Assembly (NCBI GenBank): GCA_026770705.1
Contig: JANJGN010000152.1
Location: 1,116,001 to 1,180,000, forward strand
Length of the DNA stretch: 64,000 bases
Direction of reading: 5' to 3'
Source of the DNA: Isurus oxyrinchus
Taxonomy: Eukaryota
In this document: positions 26,491-39,687 of the stretch, piece after piece
Numbering within the stretch: the first letter of the stretch is position 1
Layout of the letters: each line of letters begins with the position of its first letter
The notes under the pieces: model-generated
What the model was told of the DNA's origin: nothing
The model's input: the letters and a program-made list of their open reading frames with translations, nothing else
The model's database searches: none
Translations under genes and position numbers: made by a program

Positions 26491-29236
26491 AACAAAACAA
26501 AACTGCGGATGCTGGAAATCCAAAACAAAAACAGAATTACCTGGAAAAACTCAGCAGGTCTGGCAGCATCGGCGGAGAAGAAAAGAGTTGACGTTTCGAG
26601 TCGTCATGACCCTTCAACAGAACTTGATTTCGAGTCCAAGAAAGAGTTGAAATATAAGCTGGTTTAAGGTGTGTGTGTGGGGCGGAGAGATAGGGAGAGA
26701 GAGAGGTGGTTGTGTAGACAAACAAGCAGTGATAGAAGCAGATCATCAAAAGATGTCAGCGACAATGGTACAAAAGAACACATAGGTGTTAAAGTTAAAG
26801 TTGGTGATATTATCTAAACGAATGTGCTAATTAAGAATGGATGGTAGGGCACTCAAGGTACAGCTCTAGTGGGGGTGGGGGGAGCATAAAAGATTTTAAA
26901 ATATTTAAAAATAATGGAAATAGGTGGGAAAAGAAAAATCTATATAATTTAGAGGGAAAAAAAGGGAAAAAGGGGGAAACAGAAAGGGGGTGGGGATGGG
27001 GGAGGGAGCTCACGACCTAAAGTTGTTGAACTCAATATTCAGACCGGAAGGCTGTAAGGTGCCTAGTCGGAAGATGAGGTGTTGTTCCTCCAGTTTGCGT
27101 TGGGCTTCACTGGAACAATGCAGCAAGCCAAGGACAGACATGTGGGCAAGAGAGCAGGGTGGAGTGTTAAAATGGCAAGTGACAGGGAGGTTTGGATTAT
27201 TCTTGCGGACAGACCACAGGTGTTCTGCAAAGCGGTCGCCCAGTTTACGTTTGGTCTCTCCAATGTAGAGGAGACCACATTGGGAGCAACGAATGCAGTA
27301 GACTAAGTTGGGGGAAATGCAAGTGAAATGCTGCTTCACTTGAAAGGAATGTTTGGGCCCTTGGACGGTGAGGAGAGAGGAAGTGAAGGGGCAGGTGTTA
27401 CATCTTTTGCGTGGGCATGGGGTGGTGCCATAGGAGGGGGTTGAGGAGTAGGGGGTGATGGAGGAGTGGACCAGGGTGTCCCGGAGGGAGCGATCCCTAC
27501 GGAATGCCGATAAGGGGGGTGAAGGGAAGATGTGTTTGGTGGTGGCATCATGCTGGAGTTGGCGGAAATGGCGGAGGATGATCCTTTGAATGCGGAGGCT
27601 GGTGGGGTGATAAGTGAGGACAAGGGGGACCCTATCATGTTTCTGGGAGGGAGGAGAAGGCGTGAGGGCGGATGCGCGGGAGATGGGCCGGACACGGTTG
27701 AGGGCCCTGTCAACGACCGTGGGTGGAAAACCTCGGTTAAGGAAGAAGGAGGACATGTCAGAGGAACCGTTTTTGAAGGTAGCATCATCGGAACAGATGC
27801 GACGAAGGCGAAGGAACTGGGAGAATGGGATGGAGTCCTTACAGGAAGCGGGGTGTGAGGAGCTGTAGTCGAGGTAGCTGTGGGAGTCGGTGGGTTTGTA
27901 ATGGATATTGGTGGACAGTCTATCACCAGAGATTGAGACAGAGAGGTCAAGGAAGGGAAGGGAAGTGTCAGAGATGGACCACGTGAAAATGATGGAGGGG
28001 TGGAGATTGGAAGCAAAATTAATAAATTTTTCCAAGTCCCGACGAGAGCATGAAGCGGCACCGAAGTAATCATCGATGTACCGGAGAAAAAGTTGTGGAA
28101 GGGGGCCGGAGTAGGACTGCAACAAGGAATGTTCCACATACCCCATAAAGAGACAGGCATAGCTGGGGCCCATGCGGGTACCCATAGCCACACCTTTTAT
28201 TTGGAGAAAGTGAGAGGAGTTGAAGGAGAAATTGTTCAACGTGAGAACAAGTTCAGCCAGACGGAGGAGAGTAGTGGTGGATGGGGATTGTTCGGGCCTC
28301 TGTTCAAGGAAGAAGCTAAGGGCCCTCAGACCATCCTGGTGGGGGATGGAGGTGTAAACACCTGCCCCTTCACTTCCTCTCTCCTCACCGTCCAAGGGCC
28401 CAAACATTCCTTTCAAGTGAAGCAGCATTTCACTTGCATTTCCCCCAACTTAGTCTACTGCATTCGTTGCTCCCAATGTGGTCTCCTCTACATTGGAGAG
28501 ACCAAATGTAAACTGGGCGACCGCTTTGCAGAACACCTGCGGTCTGTCTGCAAGAATGATCCAAACCTCCCTGTCGCTTGCCATTTTAACACTCCACCTT
28601 GCTCTCTTGCCCACATGTCTGTCCTTGGCTTGCTGCATTGTTCCAGTGAAGCCCAACGCAAACTGGAGGAACAACACCTCATCTTCCGACTAGGCACCTT
28701 ACAGCCTTCCGGTCTGAATATTGAGTTCAACAACTTTAGGTCGTGAGCTCCCTCCCCCATCCCCACCCCCTTTCTGTTTCCCCCTTTTTCCCTTTTTTTC
28801 CCTCTAAATTATATAGATTTTTCTTTTCCCACCTATTTCCATTATTTTTAAATATTTTAAAATCTTTTATGCTCCCCCCACCCCCACTAGGGCTGTACTT
28901 TGAGTGCCCTACCATCCATTCTTAATTAGCACATTCGTTTAGATAATATCACCAACTTTAACTTTAACACCTATGTGTTCTTTTGTACCATTGTCGCTGA
29001 CATCTTTTGATGATCTGCTTCTATCACTGCTTGTTTGTCTACACAACCACCTCTCTCTCTCCCTATCTCTCCGCCCCACACACACACCTTAAACCAGCTT
29101 ATATTTCAACTCTTTCTTGGACTCGAAATCAAGTTCTGTCGAAGGGTCATGAGGACTCGAAACGTCAACTCTTTTCTTCTCCGCCGATGCTGCCAGACCT
29201 GCTGAGTTTTTCCAGGTAATTCTGTTTTTGTTTTGT
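26491..29236 (-). mobile_element. Young Penelope-like insertion forming a long inverted repeat, with 13-bp TSD
   Basis: Minus arm 26491-28355 (uninterrupted RT C-half + GIY-YIG + pLTR); plus arm 28356-29236 (GIY-YIG + pLTR); flanking direct repeat ATAATATTTTAAA at 26478-26490 and 29237-29249. Confidence 0.93.
29132..29170 (+). ncRNA. Minimal hammerhead ribozyme motif in the pLTR
   Basis: AGTT CTGTCGA A GGGTC ATGAG GACTC GAAAC GTC AACT; mirror copy on the minus strand at 26586-26624. Confidence 0.72.
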
Positions 29237-31510
29237 ATAATATTTTAAATATTTGCCTCAGGATTGGACTTAGATGCCCTTGCCTATCCCTGGCCTCCTG
29301 AGTGGATCTTTATTGTTATATTAGTTTGAAAAGGAATGAGGATGGGGGAGAATATTCTGTGTAGTTTTCAGCTCAGTTAAGGCCCAAAATACCCAATGTG
29401 TCGGACTGCCAGGGGAGGTAAATTTCTCTGGGACGTTCGGTTGCTAAACAGACACAACCCCTACAAAGTAAACAAGCATTCTCTTCATAGCAATAATTTC
29501 AGTAAAGGCTTTTAATTCATTTCCATTTAGGTTTTCAAATTAATTCTTGGGATGTGGGCTTTTGTGAGCAAGGCCAGCAAATATGGTGGATGAGTGCAGC
29601 TCCAACTACACTCTGGAAGCTTGGCAACATCCAGGACAAAGCAGCCTGCATGATTGACACTCCACCAACCAGCTTAAATATCCACTCTCTCCACCACAGA
29701 TGCAGAGTACTAACAATGTGTACCATCTATGAGATGAAGCAACTCACTAAGTTTTGTTCGACTGCACCTTTCAAACACACGGCTTTTATCACCTAGAAGG
29801 ACAAGGCCAGCGGACTCATGGAACACTGCCACCTGCAATTTCTCCTCCAAGCCACTCATCATCTTGACGTGGAATTATATCACCGTTCCTTCACTATCAG
29901 CTGATCAAAATCCTGGAACTCCCTTCCTAGCATCAGTGTGGTGTACCTACACTACATAGACTATAGCAGCTCAAGAAGCACCGCCTTCTCAAGGGCAATT
30001 AGTGATGGGCAATAAATGCTGGCCTCGCCAGCAACACCCACATCCCGTGAAATCCAACCTGCTCCACATGAAGCTGATTGTGGGCCTTCTTGATTCATAG
30101 CAGTCCTTGTGCTAAAGGCACTTTGACAATGCTGTTGAAGAGTCATACTGAGTCGAAACTTTAACTCTATTCCTCTCCGCAGATGCTGCCAGACCTGCTG
30201 AGTTTTTCCAGGTATTTTTATTTCTGTTTTGGATTACCAGCACCCGCAGTTTTTTGCTTTCATCTGCAGCAAAATCAACACGTCTTTCGATGCAGCTTAA
30301 CACAGTTACTCTCACCATTTCAAAGGTATCTCATTGTAATGTGTACTCACAAAGACAGAGATAGAGTGATCAGATCTAATTAACGCATCATTCTCAAGCC
30401 TATTCCCAGTAAAATTCTTGGATTTTGTTTAAAAGCTAACTGTGCTCAATTTCAAATGAGCACCATATGATTTGCATTACCTATTGACTGACATTCTTTC
30501 ATCTATCAGTCATGTTTGCAATTCGTGGCTGGTGTATATTTCAGAGAGTTTAAATTCAGACGTAGGCATCAATAACAGATAAAGTATGAATACTAAATAT
30601 AGCATAATGGAACAAATACTGAGTTTGTTTAATTTTGTCTGCCAAGGATAACACGGATGTTCCTTATAATTGAGCAGAAAGCATTGCACCCGGAGACATT
30701 TGCTGGATGGACACGTCTACATTGTGAAATTCAAAACAAGCTGAGGCACCAGGGTGAAACCAACAGTTGCTTCCCTGCAACAAGTGACTTGGACCCTTAG
30801 TCCAACCATTGGAAACCTTCAGACACCCTGGTAGCTCAGCACTGCCCTGTTTGTTACACAAATATTTATCCTCTGTTTAGAATCCATTCCAGGAACAAAA
30901 TTATTTCAAACCAAATGAACTAAACGAACAATTGAAGCACGCGATCTTGGCAGGGACCTGTTAAACTCCAGAACAAACATTTTCCTCTGTAATATCGCAC
31001 CCTCAGTTGAAGGGGTATGGAGCAAAAGCAATAAGATTGTCAACATAGTAAGGTTGAAAAAATAACACTTTTGCAAATTCGATATGAGATCAATTGCATA
31101 ATTACACCATGTTCATCTGGCAAAGTATGTTAGGAACCCAAGTCCAAATCGTCATGTCAATCTTGTGAATTAAGGCAACCCGGGCATGGATTCTGCAGAA
31201 ATGACAGTTTCAAAGGAGAGTTGAGTAATTTAATGAAATGGAGAAGAAATAGATCATTAAGTGAGAGAAGCAAATTGCGATGAATTAGTTTTCTCGTTTA
31301 AAAAGGGGCCTGACATCGAATGTTGGAAGGGCCTCTTTTGCCATTGTTTAGATACATGGTGCTAGGTCATTTTATGATTACATTGTTACATCAGTCTCGC
31401 TGCAGCGTTCCTGAGAACAGCAGCTGTATTCCATTTCTCCGCAAGAGACCAAGATTGCTGCTGAGTTACAGCACAGTTTAGCATTCCAGACAGCAATCCA
31501 TAATATGTCA

Positions 31511-31583
31511 GTTTCTGTAGTGTAGTGGTTATCACATTTGCCTAACGTGCGAAAGGTCCTTGGTTCGCAACAGAGTAGAAATG
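31511..31583 (+). tRNA. tRNA-Val(AAC), probably pseudogene
   Basis: GTTTCTGTAGTGTAGTGGTTATCACATTTGCCTAACGTGCGAAAGGTCCTTGGTTCGCAACAGAGTAGAAATG; T-arm mismatches. Confidence 0.8.
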
Positions 31584-31709
31584 TTATGAAAACTTAATCA
31601 TTAAATATTGATGATAGTTTGCATCTTTGAAGCTTACCTGAATCTCCAATGTTGCATGCAAATTGCATTTGTTTTCACCAAGGTCGTAAAATGCGTGCAG
31701 CAAAATCAG

Positions 31710-31965
31710 AATACCTGCAAAAACTCAGCAGGTCTGGCAGCATCTGCGGAGAGGAACACAGTTAATAAATAGATAAGAGGTAAAAGGTATATAAGATTTT
31801 ATATTTCTCCTCTTTTCTATTTTTAATTAGTTCTGTTGAAGAGTCATACGGACTCAAAACATTAACTGTCTTCCTCTCTGCAGGTGCTACCAGACCTGCT
31901 GAGTTTTTCTAGGTATTTTTATTTTTGTTTTGGATTTCCAGCACCCGCAGTTTTTTGCTTTTATC
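31710..31965. mobile_element. Non-autonomous pLTR-derived hairpin insertion with 14-bp TSD
   Basis: TGCAGCAAAATCAG at 31696-31709 and 31966-31979; inverted arms; hammerhead remnant 31829-31867; paralogs at ~33380-33635 and ~38205-38450. Confidence 0.8.
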
Positions 31966-33181
31966 TGCAGCAAAATCAGCATGTCTTTCGATGCAGCTTA
32001 AGACAGTTACTCACCATCTCAAATGTATCTCATTGTAACATGTAATCACAAAGATAGACAAAGAGAGATCAGATCTAATTAACCCATAATTCTCAAGCCT
32101 GATCCCAGTAAAATTCTTGCATTTTGTTTAAAAGCTAACTGCGCTCAATTTCAAATGAGAACCATATGACTTTCGTCTTTTGTCTATCAGTCATGTTTGC
32201 AATTCGGGGCTGGTATATAGTTCAGAGAGTTTAAATTCAGATGAAGGCATCAATAACAGAAAAAACATGAAGATTAAATATAGAATAACAGAACAAACAC
32301 CGCATTTCTTTAATTTCGTCTTGCAAGGATGAGAAGGATGTTCCTGATTGAGCAGAAAGCATTGCACCCGGAGACATTTCCTGGATGGACACGCCTACAT
32401 TTTGAAATTCAAATAAGCTGAGGCACCAGGCTGAAACGAACAGCTGTCTTCCTGCAACAAGTGACCCTCAGTCCAACCATTGGAAACCTCCAAACATTCT
32501 GGTAGCTCAGCATTGCCTGGTTTGTTCCACAAATATTTGTCCTCTGTTAGATTCTGCTACAGGATCAAAATTATTTCAAACCAAATGAAGTAAATGAAGA
32601 ATTGAAGCATGCAATCTTGGCAGGGCCCTGCTAAACTCCGGAACAAACATTTTCCTCTGTAATATAGCACCCTCGATTGAATGACTGTGGAGCAAAATAA
32701 TAAGATTGTAAAAATAGTAAGGTTGAAAAATCACACTTTCGCAAGTTCGATATGAGCTCAATTGCATAATGAAATCATGTTCATCTGGCGATGTATATGA
32801 GGAACCCAAGTCCAAATCGTCATGTGAACCTTGGAGTTAAGGTAACCCAGGCATGGATTCTGCAGAAATGACTTTTTCAAAAGGGAATTCAGCAATTTAT
32901 TGAAAGGGAGGAAAAAACGGGCTCATTAAGAGAGAGAAGCAATTTGCGATTAGTTAGTGTGCTCGTTTAAAAAGGGGCCTCGGATCGGATGATAGAAGGG
33001 CCTCTTATGCCTTTGATTGGATGCACGGTGCTAGGCCATTTTATGATTACATTGTTACATGAGTCTTGCTGCAGCGTTCCTGAGAATAGCAGCTGTATTT
33101 CATTGCTCTGCAACAGGGACTCAGATTGCTGTAGTGTTATAGCGCAGTTTAGCATTCCAGACAGGGCTACATGATATATCT

Positions 33182-33254
33182 GTTTCTGTAGTGTAGTTGT
33201 TATCACATTCGCTTAACACGCAAAAAGTCCCCAGTCCAAAACCGGGCAGAAACA
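33182..33254 (+). tRNA. tRNA-Val(AAC), probably pseudogene
   Basis: Val body; anticodon loop TT AAC AC; B-box altered (CAGTCCAAAAC). Confidence 0.8.
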
Positions 33255-33500
33255 TTGTGAAAACTTAATCATTAAATATTGAGGATAATTTGCATCTTTG
33301 AAGCTTACCTGAATCTCCAATGTTGCATGCAAATTGCATTTGCTCTCACCGAGGTCATAAAAAGCATGCAGCCAAATCAGAATACCTGCAAAAACTCAGC
33401 AGGTCTGGCAGCATCTGCGGAGAGGAACACAGTTAATAAATAGAAAAGAAGTAAAAGGTATATGAGATTTTTATATTTCTCCTCTTTTCCAATTTTACTC

Positions 33501-33539
33501 AGTTCTGTTGAAGAGTCACATGGACTCGAAACGTTAACT
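33501..33539 (+). ncRNA. Minimal hammerhead ribozyme motif within a tRNA repeat unit
   Basis: AGTT CTGTTGA A GAGTC ACATG GACTC GAAAC GTT AACT: perfect stems I and II, palindromic AACGTT; similar copy at 38326-38363. Confidence 0.65.
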
Positions 33540-34837
33540 GTGTTCCTCTCCGCAGATGCTGCCAGACCTGCTGAGTTTTCCAGGTATTTTTCCTTTTGTT
33601 TTGGATTTCCACCACCCACAGTTTTTTGCTTTTATCTGCAGCAAAATCAGCACGTCTTTCGATACAGCTTAAAACAGTTACTCACCATGTCAAAGGTATC
33701 TCATAGTAACGTGTGCTCATAAAGACAGACAAAGAGTGATCAGAACTAATTAACGCATCATTCTCAAGCCTATTCCCAGTAAAATTCTGGCATTTTTTTT
33801 AAAAGCTAACTGTGCTCAATTTCAAATGAGCACATATGATTTGCATTACCTGTTGACTGACATTCTTTCGTCTATCAGTCATGTTTGCAATTCGGGGCTG
33901 GTGTATATTTCAGTAAGTTTAAATTCAGACGAAGGCATAAATAACAGATAAAATATGAATATTAAATATAGAATAAGGGAACAAATACTGAGTTCCTTTA
34001 ATTTCGTCTTCCAAGGATGAGAAGGATGTTCCTGATGATTGAGCAGAAAGCATTGCACTCGGAGACATTTGCTTGACGGACACGTCTACATTTTGAAATT
34101 CAAAACAAGCTGAGGCACCAGGGTGAAACCAACAGTGACATGGACCCTCAGTCCAACCATTGGAAACCTTCAAATACCCTCAGCACTGCCCAGTTTGTTC
34201 CACAAATATTTATCCTCTGTTAGATTCCAGTCCAGGAACAAAATTATTTCAAACCAAATGAAGTAAAGGAACAATTGAAGCACGTGATCTTGGCCGGAGC
34301 CTGTTAAACTTCGGAACAAACATTTTGCTCTCGGTTGAAGGGGAATGGAGCAAAAGTAATAAGATTGTAAAAATAGTAAGGTTGAAAAAATAACACTTTC
34401 GCAAATTCGATGTGAGATCAATTGCATAATTACATCATGTACATCTGGTAAAGTATATTAGGAACCCAAGTCCAAATCGTCATATGAACCTTGTCAATTA
34501 AGGCAGCGCAAGCATGGATTCTGCAGAAATGACTTTTTCAAAAGAGAATTGAGTAATTTAATGAAAGGGAGAAGAAATAGATCATTAAGAGGGAGAAGCA
34601 AATTGTGATGAATTCGTTTAAAAAGGGGCCTGAGATCGGATGTTGGAAGGGCCGCTTTTGTCACTGTTTGGATACGTGGGTGCTAGGCCATTTTATGATT
34701 ACATTGTTACATCGGTCTCGCTGCAGCGTTCCTGAGAACAGCAGCTGTGTTCCATTTCTCCGCGATAGAGACCCAGATTGCTGCAGCGTTACAGCACAGT
34801 TTAGCATTCCGGACAGGATTAGTGACAATGTGCGGCA

Positions 34838-34910
34838 GTTTCTGTAGTGTAGTGGTTATCACGTTCGCTTCACATGCGAAATGTCCTCGGTTCAAAACCA
34901 AGCAGAAACA
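34838..34910 (+). tRNA. tRNA-Val(CAC), probably pseudogene
   Basis: GTTTCTGTAGTGTAGTGGTTATCACGTTCGCTTCACATGCGAAATGTCCTCGGTTCAAAACCAAGCAGAAACA. Confidence 0.82.
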
Positions 34911-36391
34911 TTATGAAAACTTACTCATTAAATAGTGAGGATAATTTTCGTCGTTGAAGCCTACCTGAATCTCCTATGTTGCAGGCAATATTGCATTTGT
35001 TTTCACCGAGGTCACAAAATGAATGCAGCAAAATCAGCACCTGCTTAGATTCCATGACACATTTGAGTGGATAGATGTTCATATTTCACTGCACTTACAT
35101 ATTAGCAGCTCGTTTAGTCAACACGATAAATCAATGGGCTTTTCGATGCAGCTTAAGAAAGTTACTCACTGTGTCAAAGGTGTCTCAGTGTAATGTGTGC
35201 TCATAAAGACAAAGAGGGATCAGATCTAATTAACGCATCATTCCCAAGCCTATTTTCTGTAAAATTCTTTGATTTTGTTGAAATGCTGACTGTTGTGCTA
35301 CATCTCACATCAGACCCATAGCAAATGCCTTACCTGATGACTTACATTCTTTTGTTTACCAGTCAAGTTTGCAGTTGGATGTTGTCGATTTCAGAGAGCA
35401 TCAAGTCAACCAAGGGCATCAATATTAAATATAATAATAGTGAATGGTGAATAAGGTAAAAAAAATTGCTGGGAAAAGTTTGTTGAATTTCTTCTGCCGA
35501 GGAGAAGTGTGTTCATAATGATTTAGCAGGAAGCATTGCTGCCTAAGACACTAGCTGAACCGAGAATTCTGCATTTTGAAATTCAAACAAACAGAGGCAC
35601 CAGGTGGAAACCTAGAGTTGTTTTTCTGTAACAAGTGACATGACATCCCAGTCTTACCATTGGAATCCTCCAAACATTCTGGTAGATCAGCACTATCCTG
35701 TTTCCTAAAGAAATATATATTCTGTGAAATTACATTCCCAGAACAAAATTATATTTAAACAACTGAACGAAACGACCTATTACAGCATGTGATCCTGGCA
35801 GGGCTCCGTTTAACTGTAGCAATCATTTTCCTCTGTGATATAACACCCTTGATTAATGAGTCATGAAGCAAATGTAATCAGATTGTGTAAATAACTCAGA
35901 AATAATGAGATGTTTGATTAGAAAAGTAAGCATTTTCGTCAATTCGATATGAAAACAAGAGATAAGTAAATAATGTTCATATGCATAGTTATGTAAGGAA
36001 CACAAGTCTAAACCTTCATGGCACTGGGTGAGGGAAACGTTGTTAATTCAGGCAAACTAGGCATGGAATCTGCAGAAACTCCTTTTTCAAAAGGGAATGA
36101 TGCAATTAATTGATATGCAGAAAAATAACAACTTCACTAATAGAGAGAAGGAAACTGGGATTAATTGGTTGGCTCTTTTAAAAAACTGACAGGGAAAAGA
36201 TGATCGAAGGGCCATTGCATGGATACATGGTGTTAATCCATTTTATGATGACATTGTTATTGAGTCTGTCTGCAGCATTCCCAATTATAGCAGCTGAATT
36301 CCATTTCTCCCATCCAAAGAGCCAAAGCGCTGCTGCATGACATCACAGTTTACCATTCCAGATAGATTCACTGCAGTCATGTCTGGCCAAT

Positions 36392-36464
36392 GTTTCTGTA
36401 GTGTAGTAGTTGTCACGTTTGCCTCACACGTGAAAAATCATCGGTTTGAAACCAGGCAGAAACC
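36392..36464 (+). tRNA. tRNA-Val(CAC), probably pseudogene
   Basis: Val body with CT CAC AC loop; D-loop and T-arm substitutions. Confidence 0.78.
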
Positions 36465-38005
36465 TTATCCAAGCTTGCCAATTTTGAGAGAGGAAAATTT
36501 GTGTATGTCAGGTTTGTTGTTGAATGTTACCTGAATCTCACATGCTTCAGAAATGGTGTTTTTGCTCTTACCTGGGCCTTGAAATGAATGCAGCAAAATG
36601 AGAAATACTGAAATTTCATGACACACTGTGTAGAAATAGATGTTCGTTTTTTGACTCAGCACACATTTTAGCAGTTCGTCTGGCCAGCAACAGAATTTAG
36701 TGGGTTCTCGATGCAGATTCACATCGTTAAGCACCATCTGAAAGATGTCTCATGCTAAAGTGTGCACATAAGGACAGGTGCAAGTGATGCTTCAATTGAA
36801 CCAGAGGAAATGACAGACCTGTTACAGAATGACTCCTTTAAATATTCGGTCTTCAGCATAGAGTATCAGAAAAAATGACCGAGGGAGTCATGGAAACCGA
36901 GGCACAGTGCAGATCTGCTGGCTTCCCCCCTGTCTTCTACATGGTTGCGATTAAGGCACCAGAAGGCTTCTCACCTGGAGCAAAGAGGGATCAAATATAA
37001 TGAACGCATAATTCTCAAAACTGCTCCCAGTAAAATTCCTGCATTTTGTTTAAAAGCTAATTGTACTTAATTTCAAAAGAGCACCACATGGTTTGCATTA
37101 CCTGTTGATTGGCATTCTTTTGTCCATCAGTCATGTTTGCAATTCGAGTTTCGGTGTATCTTTCAGAGAGTCTCAATTCAAATGAAGGCAGCAATAACAG
37201 ATACAATATTAATATTAAATATAGAATAACGGAACAAATGCAGAATGAAGTTTGTTTAATTTTGTCTGCCAAGGATAAGACAGATATTCCTAATAATTGA
37301 GCAGAAAGCATTCCACCCGGAGACGTTTGCTGGATGGACATGCCTACATTTGAAATTCAAATAAGCTGAGGCACCAGGCTGAAACGAGTCTTCCTGCAAC
37401 AAGTGACCCTTAGCCCAACCATTGGAAACCTCCAAACATTCTGGTAGCTCAGCATTGCCTGGTTTGTTCCACAAATATTTATCCTCTGTTAGATTCTGGT
37501 ACAGGATCAAAAGTATTTCAAACCAAATGAAGTAAATGAAGAATTGAAGCATGCAATCTTGGCAGGGCCCTGCTAAACTCCGGAACAAACATTTTCCTCT
37601 GTAATATAGCACCCTCGATTGAATGACTGTGGAGCAAAATAATAAGATTGTAAAAATAGTAAGGTTGAAAAATCACACTTTCGCAAGTTCGATATGAGCT
37701 CAATTGCATAATGAAATCATGTTCATCTGGCGATGTATATGAGGAACCCAAGTCCAAATCGTCATGTGAACCTTGTGAGTTAAGGTAAGCCAGGCATGGA
37801 TTCTGCAGAAACGACTTTTTCAAAAGGGAATTCAGCAATTTAATGATAGGGAGGCAACAACTGGTTCATTAAGAGAGAGAAGCCATTTGCGATTAGTTAG
37901 TGTGCTCGTTTAAAAAGGAGCCTCGGATTGGATGATAGAAGGGCTCAGATTGCTGTAGCGTTATAGCGCAGTTTAGCATTCCAGACAGGGCTACATGATA
38001 TATCA

Positions 38006-38079
38006 GTTTCTGTAGTGTAGTGGTTATCACATTCGCCCTCACACACACCAAGGCCGCGGTTTGAAACAGGGCAGGAACA
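38006..38079 (+). tRNA. tRNA-Val(CAC-like), pseudogene
   Basis: 5' half intact; anticodon arm disrupted (ccctcacacacacc); B-box GGTTTGAAAC. Confidence 0.75.
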
Positions 38080-39687
38080 TTATGAAAACTTAATCATTAA
38101 ATATTGAGGATAATTTGTATCTTTGAAGCTTACCTGAATCTCCAATGTTGCATGCAAATTACATTTTCTCTCATCGAGGTCATAAAACACGTGCAGCAAA
38201 ATCAGAATTCCTGCAAAAACTCAGCAGGTCTGGCAGCATCTGCGGAGAGGAACACAGTTAATAAGTAGAAAAGAGGTAAAAGGTATATAAGATTTTATAT
38301 TTCTCCTCTTTTCTCTTTTTACTTTGTTCTGTTGAAGAGTCATACGGACTCGAAACGTTAACTGTCTTGCTCTCCGCAGATGCTGCCAGTCCTTCTGAGG
38401 TATTTTTATTTTTGTTTTGGATTTCCAGCACCCACAGTTTTTTGCTTTTATCTGCAGCAAAATCAGCACGTCTTTCAATGCAGCTTAAAACAGTTACTCA
38501 CCATATCAAAGGTATCTCATTGTAACGTGTACTCACAAAGACAGTAAAAGTGTGATCAGATCTAATTAACGCATCATTCTCAAGCCTATTCCCAATAACA
38601 TTCTTGGATTTTGTTTAAAAGCTAACTTCGCTCAATTTCAAATGAGCATCATATAATTTGCATTTCCTATTGACTGACATTCTTTCATCTATCAGTCATG
38701 TTTGCATTTCGTGGCTGGTGTATATTTCAGAGAGTTTCAATTCAGACGAAGGCATCAATAACAGATAAAATATGAATATTTAATATAGAATAAGGGAACA
38801 AATACTGATTTTCTTTAATTTCGTCTTCCAAGGATGAGTAGGAAGTTCCTGATGATTGAGCAGAAAGCATTGCACCTGGAGACATTTGCTGGACGGACAC
38901 GTCCACATTTTAAAATTCAAAACAAGCTGAAGCACCAACAGTTGCTTCCCTGCAACAAGTGACATGGACCCTCAGTCCAACCACTGGAAACCTTCAAACA
39001 CCCTGGTAGCTCAGCACTGCCCAGTTTGTTCCACAAATGTTTATCCTCTATTCGATTCCGGTCCAGGAACAAAATTATTTCAAACCAAATGAAGTAAAGG
39101 AACAATTGAAGCACGTGATTTTGGCAGGGCCTTGTTAAACTCCGGAACAAACATCTTCCTCTGTAATATCGCACCCTCGATTGAAGGGCTGTGGAGCAAA
39201 TGTAATAAGATTGTAAAAATGGTAGGGTTGATAAAATAACACTTTCGCAAATTCGATATGAGATCAATTGCATAATTCAATCATGTTCATCTGGCGAAGT
39301 ATATTAGGAACCCAAGTCCAAATCGTCATGTGAATCTCGTGAATTAAGGTAACCCAGGCATGGATTCTGCAGAAATGACTTTTTCAAAAGAGAATTGAGT
39401 AATTTAATGAAAGGGAGAAGAAATTGATCATCAAGAGAGAGAAACAAATTGTGATGAATTAGTTCTCTCCTTTAAAAAGGGGCCTAAGATCGGATGTTGG
39501 AAGGTTCTCTTTTGCCATTGTTTGGATACATGGTGCTAGGTCATTTTATGATTGCATTGTTACATCAGTCTCACTGCAGCGTTCCTGAGAACAGCAGCTG
39601 TATTCCATTTCTCGGCAATAGAGACCCAGATTGCTGCTGAGTTACAGCGTAGTTTAATGTTCCGGACAGGATTAATGACACCCGGCA

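Noticed and set aside
28356-28428. Start of the 472-aa ORF (and the 217-aa ORF 28093-28746) as novel fusion proteins
   Set aside because: Chimeric frames created by the inversion junction; antisense sequence supplies the N-terminus
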